From the NCBI GenBank assembly GCA_964534375.1, contig CAZHPN010000140.1:1-14169 (forward strand): DNA of 14,169 nucleotides, read 5' to 3'. Position numbers and translations under genes: made by a program. The notes under the pieces are model-generated. The model did not search any database. It saw only the letters and a list, made by a program, of their open reading frames with translations, and had not been told where the DNA came from. Below are positions 1 to 7,647 of this stretch, piece by piece. Position 1 is the first letter of the stretch. Each line of letters opens with the position of its first letter. The DNA is from an uncultured bacterium. Its GTDB lineage: Bacteria; Lernaellota; Lernaellaia; Lernaellales; Lernaellaceae.

Positions 1-741
1 ATGGCGCTGGTCGGCGGCGCGTTGTACGTGGCCGACCGCAACAATCACGCGATCCGCGCGGTCGATCTGGCGGCGCACACCGTGACAACCATCGCCGGCA
101 CGGGCCGGAAGGGGACGGGGCGCGCCGTCGGCGGGCCGGCGTTGCAGACGGATTTGCGCAGCCCGTGGGATTTGCAGTGGCGCGACGGCGGTCTCGACAT
201 CGCGATGGCCGGCAGCCACCAAGTCTGGCGGCTCGACCTGGCGAAGGGGGAATTGCGCGTGCTGGCCGGCAGCGGGCACGAGCAGATCATCGACGGCGCG
301 GCGGGCGACGCGGCGTTCGCGCAGCCGTCGGGCCTGTGGCTGACCGGCGACCGGCTCTACGTCGCCGACAGCGAAAGTTCGGCGGTGCGCGAGATCGATC
401 TGGCCAAGGGCCGGGTCGAGACGCTGGTCGGCACGGGCCTGTTCGATTTCGGCTTTGTCGACGGCGTCGGCAAGCAGGCCAAATTGCAACACCCGATCGG
501 CATCGCCGGCCGCGACGGCCTGCTGTACGTGGCGGACTCGTTCAACAACGCGATCCGCACGATCGACCGCGCGAGCAAAACGGTGACCACGTTGCCGCTG
601 CCGGGCGCCGGCCCGCTCGACGAACCCTCGGGGTTGTCGGTCGACGGCGACATGCTGTACATCGCCGACACCAACCATCATCGCCTCGTCGCCATCGATT
701 TGCGCACCGGCGCGGCGACGGAGGTGAAGGTCGCGCTGTAG
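1..741 (+). CDS. NHL-repeat beta-propeller protein (NHLRC2/SOQ1-like), probably 5'-truncated by the window edge
   Basis: Repeated NHL motifs: LYVADRNNHAIRAVD, FAQPSGL..LYVADSESSAVREID, LQHPIGI..LYVADSFNNAIRTID, LDEPSGL..LYIADTNHHRLVAID, plus the GLFDFGFVDG segment typical of this family. The protein begins mid-repeat, so the ATG at 1 is probably internal. TAG stop at 739-741. Confidence 0.88.
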   Translation: MALVGGALYVADRNNHAIRAVDLAAHTVTTIAGTGRKGTGRAVGGPALQTDLRSPWDLQWRDGGLDIAMAGSHQVWRLDLAKGELRVLAGSGHEQIIDGAAGDAAFAQPSGLWLTGDRLYVADSESSAVREIDLAKGRVETLVGTGLFDFGFVDGVGKQAKLQHPIGIAGRDGLLYVADSFNNAIRTIDRASKTVTTLPLPGAGPLDEPSGLSVDGDMLYIADTNHHRLVAIDLRTGAATEVKVAL

Positions 742-798
742 AGACTGTCGTGTCTATTTTCTCGGATTGATCGATTTTTGCGAACGCATCTTCTGCAC

Positions 799-888
799 AA
801 TGGCGAATGGCGAATGGGGAATGCGGAATTGCCGACACCGCCCGAAATTCGCCATTCGCCATTCGCCATTCGCTATTCAACATTCCGG
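799..888. repeat. Inverted arrays of 7-bp tandem repeats (AATGGCG-type / ATTCGCC-type) forming a hairpin
   Basis: 799-833: AATGGCG AATGGCG AATGGGG AATGCGG AATTGCC. 847-888: ATTCGCC x3, ATTCGCT, ATTCAAC, ATTCCGG. The two unit types are reverse complements. Confidence 0.9.
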
Positions 889-993
889 TTTGCGCGGCCC
901 CAAAAACTTGATTTCGCGGCTATCGGTGGTCGGCGCGCAGCGGCGGAGATCGGTAAATAAATCAGGTGTTGCGTTTCCGGCTTCGAAACTGAC

Positions 994-1022
994 TTGACTC
1001 CGGGCAATTCTCCGAGTATTGT
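994..1022 (+). promoter_or_regulatory. Putative sigma70 promoter of the lipoprotein gene
   Basis: TTGACT (994-999), 17-nt spacer, TATTGT (1017-1022), about 80 nt upstream of the ATG at 1105. Confidence 0.55.
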
Positions 1023-1104
1023 CCGATCATCATCACGCTTATTTAGCGCGCCTAAGCGGAACTTTCAACGTTGGCGGTCACGGCGCGGGCGGGGAGGGCG
1101 CACG

Positions 1105-2466
1105 ATGTCTCGACATTTCCAATGGCTCGCGTTATTGGCCATTCTCTGTCTCGCCATTGCCTGCGGCGGTGGAAACAGCAGCAGCGGCTCGCAAACGCCA
1201 GCCGGCGATGACGACGACGATTCGGCGTCCCTCGGGGCGTGTTGCCAGGGCGGCGAATGCGCGGTGAAGTCTTTCGCCGATTGCTCGGGCACGTGGATGG
1301 GCGCGGATACGGTTTGCGTGCCGAACCCGTGCGCGGACGACGACGACAATGACGATGACGACAATGACGATGACGACAACGACAACGACAATGACGACGA
1401 TGACAATGATTCGACGCCGGACGACGACGATACGGTCGACGACGATGACGATGACGATGACAACGACGATGACGATAACGATGACAACGACGACAACGAC
1501 GACAACGACGATGACAACGACAACAATGACGACGACAACGACGACGACACGGCGCCGCTTGCCTGGGAGGCGATGACCAGCGGAACCACGGCGGGTCTGG
1601 TCGACGTGTGGGGAAGCTCTTCCTCGGATGTGTTCGCCGTGGGATATACCGGCGGCGATGCCAGCAGCGGCTTGATCTTGCATTATAACGGCGCCGTGTG
1701 GTCGTCAGTCTGGGGCGGGACGGGCGCAATTTTAACGGGCGTCTGGGGCAGTTCATCCACGGACGTCTTCGCGGTGGGATCCGACCCCGCGACAAATTAC
1801 GGCGCGATTTTGCATTACGACGGGTCCTCGTGGCTGGCGATGCCGATCGGAACGACGGGGCCGTTGTACAGCGTTTGGGGAAGTTCGGGCTCGGATGTGT
1901 TCGCCGTGGCAGATGACTATGGCTTCCCGGGCGGCCCCGTGTTGCACTACGACGGTTCCACGTGGTCGGCGCTGGCCGGCGAACCGACGGCGAGGTTGAA
2001 TTACGTCTGGGGGAGTTCGCCCTCCGATGTCTTCGTCACGGGCCAGGATGGCGTAATCGTGAACTACAACGGCGCCACGTGGTCGACGATGGCGACCGAC
2101 ACCACGGCGGATTTGGCCCACATCTGGGGCGCCTCCGCCAGCAACGTATTCACCGTCGGAGAGTTGGATTCCGGTGGCGCTGTGACGGGTGTGATCTTTT
2201 ATTATGACGGCACGTTTTGGCTCCCGATGACCACGGGTCTGCCGGCGAATTCCGATTTGATCGCCATTTGGGGCAGCTCGCTCTCGGACGTATTCGCCTT
2301 GGGAGACGCTGCCGAAAAACCTGTGATGCTTCACTTCGACGGCGCGTCATGGTCGCCGATGACGATTGCCGGGTCGCCGGCGTTGTCGGGCATCTGGGGA
2401 ACCGGCCCGGCGGACGTGTTCGCCGTGGGTGGCAACGGCACGATCATGCATTACGGGCCCGAATAG
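1105..2466 (+). CDS. Surface lipoprotein: lipobox, Cys-rich GACC module, Asp-rich linker, 7-bladed beta-propeller of WGSSxSDVFAVG repeats
   Basis: SD GGGGAGG at 1091-1097 precedes ATG 1105. Signal peptide MSRHFQWLALLAILCLAIA-C with Cys20 at 1162-1164. Seven repeats of the form W..(L..V/I)WGSS.SDVF.VG....I.HY.G run from 1561 to the C-terminus. The ORF-track start at 994 falls in the promoter. Confidence 0.85.
   Translation: MSRHFQWLALLAILCLAIACGGGNSSSGSQTPAGDDDDDSASLGACCQGGECAVKSFADCSGTWMGADTVCVPNPCADDDDNDDDDNDDDDNDNDNDDDDNDSTPDDDDTVDDDDDDDDNDDDDNDDNDDNDDNDDDNDNNDDDNDDDTAPLAWEAMTSGTTAGLVDVWGSSSSDVFAVGYTGGDASSGLILHYNGAVWSSVWGGTGAILTGVWGSSSTDVFAVGSDPATNYGAILHYDGSSWLAMPIGTTGPLYSVWGSSGSDVFAVADDYGFPGGPVLHYDGSTWSALAGEPTARLNYVWGSSPSDVFVTGQDGVIVNYNGATWSTMATDTTADLAHIWGASASNVFTVGELDSGGAVTGVIFYYDGTFWLPMTTGLPANSDLIAIWGSSLSDVFALGDAAEKPVMLHFDGASWSPMTIAGSPALSGIWGTGPADVFAVGGNGTIMHYGPE
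1336..1548 (+). repeat. Low-complexity GAC/GAT/AAC/AAT trinucleotide tract encoding a poly-Asp/Asn linker (71 codons)
   Basis: Directly visible (gacgacgacgacaatgacgatgac...); interrupted only by STP and TV. Confidence 0.95.
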
Positions 2467-2592
2467 CCGCCAGTTGCCCGTCGCCGGCGGCCAGCGCGTC
2501 CTTTGCGGCGAAAAAAAACAGAAATCGTTAATCCGGCCGACCTCTGCGGCCTCGGAGCCTGCCCTGAGCGAGGACGAGAGGTCCTCGACGGT

Positions 2593-3687
2593 TCAAGTGT
2601 CGCCATTCGGTTGCGCTGCGCGGTTTTTCGCCCGGGCGATCATCCGCTTCACGGCCGAATTCGCCTTCGTCGCGCGTAGTTCAATTTGGGGGTGATCGTT
2701 CGCGAAGACGCGGAAGATTTCGTCGGCAAACGCCTGACCGATCATCGCGACGCCGGTGAAATCGAAATCGACGGCTTTGAAGCGATCGAGGCGCGCGACC
2801 AGTCGCTTGGCCTGCGACCGCGAAATCAAATGCTCGTCGCCGAATTTCGCCAGTTCCACGGGCACGACCGTCCGGGTGAAACCGTCATTATCGCCGGACG
2901 AAAATTGGTCGAAAATCTTCTTGGCCGTGCGCGATGTGTGGTTGTTGACGGCCATGGCCACGGTCGTGCCAGACGTCGCGCCGCTTTCGTTCCGAGGTAT
3001 TATCCAATCTTCGGGCGACTTGTAATAGTGCCGAAAATGCACCTTGCCGGACAAGATTCGAAACTGGTCGACTATTCGGGACGCAAAAAAAACTCCTTCG
3101 CCGGTGTGCCGCTTCGGGGCGGTCGTCAGTTTCCCTTTGGCCAGCTCCAGTACAGCGTGTTCTTCATCGGGCAGATTCAACGCCTTTTTGATTTTCTTGA
3201 AGATGCCGACGCCGTCGTCGTGGATCGCCATCGCCGTAAAAAGCGGCGACTGTCGCACGACCACTCGTATTTTGGCGCCGCCCGAATGCTCGATGGCATT
3301 GTTGAACATCTCGGTGAAGCAGAACTCCCAGATGCCGACAACATTTGCCGGCAACTCGTCGAAGAGAACCCGAATGTCATTTCGCCATACCGCGCCCTCT
3401 TCCAAATCCGCCGTCAGGGGATAAACTTTTCTCCATTTCGTCAAAGACGCCAACGAATACTTGCGATTGCGCGTTTTCCCCGATTCGACCAGCGCCTTTT
3501 CAGCGACAAGGCGTTGGAGGTGCTTGTGCACCGCCTGGCGGGTGATTCCGAATTTCTCGGCCGTCAGCCGGGCAACATCCGCGGGGTGTTTTTCAACGGC
3601 GTCCTTGATCAGCACATGCGGAAACTGCGCACCCCGCGGCAACGTCTGCGGCGAGGCCTTGAGCGCCTCGCGCAAGGACGGCGGCAA
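2593..3687 (-). CDS. wHTH + HATPase_c (anti-sigma-kinase-like) + STAS-like DUF4325 protein; start uncertain
   Basis: N-terminal HTH (AEKFGITRQAVHKHLQRLV...GKTRNRKY). GHKL motifs TEMFNNAIEHS, DDGVGI, HTGEGVFF, GTTV. C-terminal SRSQAKRL...DFTGVAMIGQAFADEIFRVF matches the DUF4325 pattern. Confidence 0.85.
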   Translation of the reverse strand: MPPSLREALKASPQTLPRGAQFPHVLIKDAVEKHPADVARLTAEKFGITRQAVHKHLQRLVAEKALVESGKTRNRKYSLASLTKWRKVYPLTADLEEGAVWRNDIRVLFDELPANVVGIWEFCFTEMFNNAIEHSGGAKIRVVVRQSPLFTAMAIHDDGVGIFKKIKKALNLPDEEHAVLELAKGKLTTAPKRHTGEGVFFASRIVDQFRILSGKVHFRHYYKSPEDWIIPRNESGATSGTTVAMAVNNHTSRTAKKIFDQFSSGDNDGFTRTVVPVELAKFGDEHLISRSQAKRLVARLDRFKAVDFDFTGVAMIGQAFADEIFRVFANDHPQIELRATKANSAVKRMIARAKNRAAQPNGDT

Positions 3688-3803
3688 CCTCGTGCGCGGC
3701 GTGTACGTCAGGCCCGAGAACGACAGCCCGCCGATCGCGTCCTCATCCTCGGACCGGGCAGCCGGCCGAATTCATGGGCCATCGTCGCCTCTCACGCCAA
3801 GCG

Positions 3804-5306
3804 TCACTTCTCCCCCGGCTTCTTCTTCCCTTCCTTCTTCATCAACTGCTGCAGCATCTGATTCTGCATGATCGTCTGCCGTTGCTGCTCGATGAAGTGG
3901 TCGCGCGCCGCGGGCGGCAACTGGTTGAGCAAGGCCGGATCGATGATCTTGTCCTGGTGCGGCGGCGTGACCTTGAACGCGTCGAGCTTTTTGACGACGC
4001 GGCTGACCACGCCTTTCGGCGCGAGGTAGACGCGGCCGTCGCCGCCGGCGACATATTGCTTCTCTTTGTCTTGGTCGGCGCCGACGATGATGCGTTTTTC
4101 CGTGCCGTCGCCGAGCGTCGCGGTCACGGTCGCGACCGGCGCGCCGAGCTTGGCCTCGGCGGGGGCGGTTTTGCCCAGCAGCGTCGTGCCCTGCAGCGAC
4201 GCCGCGGCGCGCACGACGAACATGACCTTGGTCGTGTCGATGACGTAATCGGTCGGCACGGTCTCGGTCGACTCTGCGATGCGCCACTTGTCTTCGCCGG
4301 TCTTTTCGAGCGTGAGCTTGCGCGCGCCTTCGACGATCGCCAGCTTCGTCGCCTTATCGGCGTCGAACGCCGCGACGTGCAGGTCGCGCAGGTCATCGAG
4401 CGTCTTGCGCAGGTTGTTGGCGTAGAAATCGCCGATCAACAGAACCTGGCGGTCGCCTTGTTTCTGCGCGTAGACGTTCTTCTCTTTGGCCGCGCCGAGA
4501 TTGAGCCCGAGTTTCGTGCCGTCGAGCAACGCGACCGTGACCGTGAACTGCGGCGGCTCGAGGCCGCGGTCCAGCGGCGCCGTCGAGTCGTCGAAATCGG
4601 CCGCGTTGAGGCTCGAGAGCGATTGGAGAACGCGTTTGATCTTGTCCGAATCGAGGCGGTAATCGGCCGGCAACGCCGCGGGCGCCGGATCGAACGACCA
4701 CGTGCCGTCATCGGCTTTTTTCACGTTGATCGTTTCGGCCGCGCTCTTCAGGGTCAGCGTGACCGCCTTGTCGGCGTCGAACTTCGCCACGGTCTTGTCG
4801 CGCCAGTACTTGGCGTCGCGGTCGAACGTGTCGCGCAGGCGGGCGAGGGCGACGTATACGCGGTCGTCGCCTTTGACGCGCGCGTAGCAGCCGCGTTGAT
4901 CGCCGGACGGCTTGCCGACGAGCAGGGTCCACGCCGCGCCTTTCGCGGTGTACGGCGTCACGAACACGGCCGTGTCGTCGCCGACCTCGTATTTGGCATG
5001 GCTGGCGGATTTCTCGGCGACCATCGCGCCGAATTTCAGGCCGGTGATTTCATCGAGCCCGCGGCCGAGAACGGTGTCGTTGACCGCGTAATCGCCGGGC
5101 TGAATCAGCCATTTGCCTTGCTGTTCCGCGACCGTGAATTTCCCTTTCGGTCCGGAAATGTCGATCTTGGTCACCTCGGCCTTGTCCACCGCCGGCAGCT
5201 TCAGGGTCGGCCCTTTGCCCGGCTCGGGCATCGCCGCGGCGACGATCGCGAGCAACGTCAGAATGCCAAACGCGGCCAGCATCATCGTGGTGCGTTTCCA
5301 CAGCAT
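3804..5306 (-). CDS. DUF4340 domain protein with three ~138-aa tandem repeats and an N-terminal membrane anchor/signal
   Basis: Hydrophobic N-terminus. Repeats carry W, G, Y...VY and RD.....FDADKA motifs. It follows the GldG-like gene, the usual context of DUF4340. SD GGGGAGGA upstream. Confidence 0.82.
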   Translation of the reverse strand: MLWKRTTMMLAAFGILTLLAIVAAAMPEPGKGPTLKLPAVDKAEVTKIDISGPKGKFTVAEQQGKWLIQPGDYAVNDTVLGRGLDEITGLKFGAMVAEKSASHAKYEVGDDTAVFVTPYTAKGAAWTLLVGKPSGDQRGCYARVKGDDRVYVALARLRDTFDRDAKYWRDKTVAKFDADKAVTLTLKSAAETINVKKADDGTWSFDPAPAALPADYRLDSDKIKRVLQSLSSLNAADFDDSTAPLDRGLEPPQFTVTVALLDGTKLGLNLGAAKEKNVYAQKQGDRQVLLIGDFYANNLRKTLDDLRDLHVAAFDADKATKLAIVEGARKLTLEKTGEDKWRIAESTETVPTDYVIDTTKVMFVVRAAASLQGTTLLGKTAPAEAKLGAPVATVTATLGDGTEKRIIVGADQDKEKQYVAGGDGRVYLAPKGVVSRVVKKLDAFKVTPPHQDKIIDPALLNQLPPAARDHFIEQQRQTIMQNQMLQQLMKKEGKKKPGEK

Positions 5307-5309
5307 GGC

Positions 5310-7640
5310 TTATTCCTCCCCGCCGGCGGTGGCGAGATAAGCGGTCGCCAGGCGGCGTTTCGCGCGCAGGCGGCGGCGCCAGCGGAACACGCCGAAGATG
5401 ACCAGCGCCAGCGGCGGCAGCAGCATGTTGCCGTATTTGAAGAAGGCGCGTTGCGCGTCGCCGATGGCGCGCAACGGGTGGTTGTCGACGGTGCGGGCGC
5501 GGATCAGCGTCAGGCGCTCGTCCTGCATCAGCCAATCGACGAGGTTGGCGAGCAGCACGGCGTTGAGGCGGTTTTGCATCAGGTCCGAGGCCCAGAGCGA
5601 CGAACCGACGACGACCACGCGGTTGTCCGGGCTGACCGTCAGCGGCGGGTCGGCCGGGCGGCCGGCGTCGTCGGCCAGCGGGTGGTCTTTGAAGTAGCTC
5701 GGGAAGCGGCCGTTGAGCGCCACGAGCAGATTGTGGGGGACCAGCGCTTCCGTCGGGTCGGGCTGCGGCATCGCCTGCGGATCGGCGAGGAAAGAGTCGT
5801 TGATTTCGTAGACCCACGATTTCGGCGAACTGCGGGCGACGACCTCGGCGGCGACGCCCTCGCGCGGCTCCAGCTCGAGCGGCGCCGCGAAAGGCAGCGA
5901 GAAGCCGGCCAGGTTCTTGGTCATCGGCGTGTCTTTCGCCAGATCCTGCACGCGAATCAGCGCCGGGAACGACACGAGCGATTGGAAGTTCATGCCGTTC
6001 GCGTTGTGGTTGACGGTGATGCGTTCGTTCGAGACGTCCAGCACCATCGCCGGGTCGACCTTTACGCCGTACGCGTCGGTCAGTTTCTCGAGGCCCGAGT
6101 TCGTCGGCCGGCCGATCATCGACCGCAAGTCGACGTCCGTGCGGTCGACGAAAAACGCCGCGCGGCCGCCGCGCATGACGAACTGGTCCAGACGATACAG
6201 TTCGATGTCCTTATAGGGTTTCTTCGGGCCGGCGACGATCAGCACGTCGACGCCGTTCAGCGGCTCGTCGGCTTTGGTGAGATCGACCTCCTTGACCGTG
6301 AATTTGTTGCCCAGGGCCGTCGAGGCATGGCTGAGGCCGGCGGCGGGGGTCAACTCGCCGTGGCCGACGGCAAACCCCAGGGTCGGCGTCTTCTCGCGCA
6401 GCACCTTGGCGAGGCGCGAGGCGATGTCGAATTCCAGGCCGGCGAGGTCCTGCACCACGGGCAGCGCTTCGGTCTTGTCGCCATATTGGAGCGCCAGGCC
6501 CATGTACACCTTGACGGCCTGCACCTGGTCCTTGCTGAAGGTCTGCATGTCGATTTTCGGCACGCCGGCGGATTGCGCCTGCCCGATCAACGCCTCGTCG
6601 GGCTTGCCGTCCCGCGCCGGCGCGTCGGGATCGACGAACGAGAACGACATCCGGCCGTTGCTGGCGGCGCGGAACTCTTCCAGCAGATCGCGCACGACGC
6701 GCGCGTTGTTGTTCGCCGGCGGCGGCAGTTGCTTCGAGAAGTAGGCCGTTACGGTGAGGTGATCGGTGAGTTCGCGCAGCATGTCGCGGGTCGACGGCGA
6801 CAGCGTGAACTGCTTGTCGCGGGTCAGATCGACGCGCGTGTTGACGCGGAACGAAAAGACGTTGATCGCGATCAGGCAGCCGGCCGCCGCGCCGATGTAG
6901 ACGATGCGGTTCAGCCGCCACTGGCGCGAGCGATCGGCGAGCCGCGATTGCAGCGACTGCACCGTCAGGAACAGGAAGAAGCCGGCCAGCGAAAACGAGT
7001 AGATCAGGTCGCGGGTGTCGACCACGCCGCGGCTGATGTTCTGGAAGTGCGAATCGGCGCCGACATATTCCAGCACGTTTTGCCAGCGCAGCGGCAGGAA
7101 CGGCAGCAGCAAATCGAGGACGAAGAGCAGCGCGGCGATGCCGAACGCGACGATCAGGCTGATCACCTGGTTGCGCGAGATGCTCGAGGCGAACAGGCCC
7201 AGCGCGACGAACGCGCCGCCGAGCAGGAACAGGCCGACGTAGCCGCCGATCACCGGCCCGGAATCGAGCGCGCCGATCAGCGAGATCGACAGCGGGTAGA
7301 CGAAAGTGATCGCCAGGTAGACGGCGAGCAGCGTCCACGCCGCGAAAAACTTGGCCAGCACCGTTTCGTATTCGTGCACCGGCAGGGTCAGCAGGAACTC
7401 GATCGTCCCCGATTTCTTCTCCTCGGCGATCTGCTTCATCGTGATCGCCGGCCCGAACAGCAGGAACGACCAGGCCGCGAAGCGGAAGAAGATCCGCATC
7501 GACGCCTGCTGCGCGGCGAAGAACGGCTGGATGAAGAAGTAGCCGACGCCGATCAGCAGCGCGATCAGCACCAGATACGCGATGGGCGAATTGAAGTACG
7601 CCCCGACTTCCTTCTTATATAAAGCCCAGATGCGCGACAT
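5310..7640 (-). CDS. Fused GldF-like ABC-2 permease + GldG-like (ABC_transp_aux) protein
   Basis: N-terminal ~235 aa: KKEVGAYFNSPIAY, PAITMKQIAEEKKSGTIEFLLTLPV, HFQNISRGVVDTRDLIY (GldF). C-terminal part: RVDLTRDKQFTLSPST, FSFVDP, YMGLAL, GHGE, LDQFVMRGG, NLVDWL, IRAR and a C-terminal TM (GldG). Confidence 0.9.
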   Translation of the reverse strand: MSRIWALYKKEVGAYFNSPIAYLVLIALLIGVGYFFIQPFFAAQQASMRIFFRFAAWSFLLFGPAITMKQIAEEKKSGTIEFLLTLPVHEYETVLAKFFAAWTLLAVYLAITFVYPLSISLIGALDSGPVIGGYVGLFLLGGAFVALGLFASSISRNQVISLIVAFGIAALLFVLDLLLPFLPLRWQNVLEYVGADSHFQNISRGVVDTRDLIYSFSLAGFFLFLTVQSLQSRLADRSRQWRLNRIVYIGAAAGCLIAINVFSFRVNTRVDLTRDKQFTLSPSTRDMLRELTDHLTVTAYFSKQLPPPANNNARVVRDLLEEFRAASNGRMSFSFVDPDAPARDGKPDEALIGQAQSAGVPKIDMQTFSKDQVQAVKVYMGLALQYGDKTEALPVVQDLAGLEFDIASRLAKVLREKTPTLGFAVGHGELTPAAGLSHASTALGNKFTVKEVDLTKADEPLNGVDVLIVAGPKKPYKDIELYRLDQFVMRGGRAAFFVDRTDVDLRSMIGRPTNSGLEKLTDAYGVKVDPAMVLDVSNERITVNHNANGMNFQSLVSFPALIRVQDLAKDTPMTKNLAGFSLPFAAPLELEPREGVAAEVVARSSPKSWVYEINDSFLADPQAMPQPDPTEALVPHNLLVALNGRFPSYFKDHPLADDAGRPADPPLTVSPDNRVVVVGSSLWASDLMQNRLNAVLLANLVDWLMQDERLTLIRARTVDNHPLRAIGDAQRAFFKYGNMLLPPLALVIFGVFRWRRRLRAKRRLATAYLATAGGEE

Positions 7641-7647
7641 GTTCCGC

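Noticed and set aside
542..997. Small ORFs with ANGEWR / IRHSPF repeats
   Set aside because: Translations of the heptamer DNA repeat; no SD or coding signal.
1052..1795. Poly-Ser, poly-Val/Ile, poly-Thr/Met and Arg/Cys/His ORFs
   Set aside because: Alternative frames of the GAC/GAT/AAC tract. Only the Asp frame connects the signal peptide to the propeller.
2686..3861. 391-aa plus-strand ORF
   Set aside because: Antisense to the motif-bearing DUF4325 gene, with no domain signal of its own.
3774..7622. 1282-aa plus-strand ORF
   Set aside because: Antisense shadow of the DUF4340 and GldF-G genes. High-GC codon bias removes stops, and the Arg-rich translation has no recognisable motifs.
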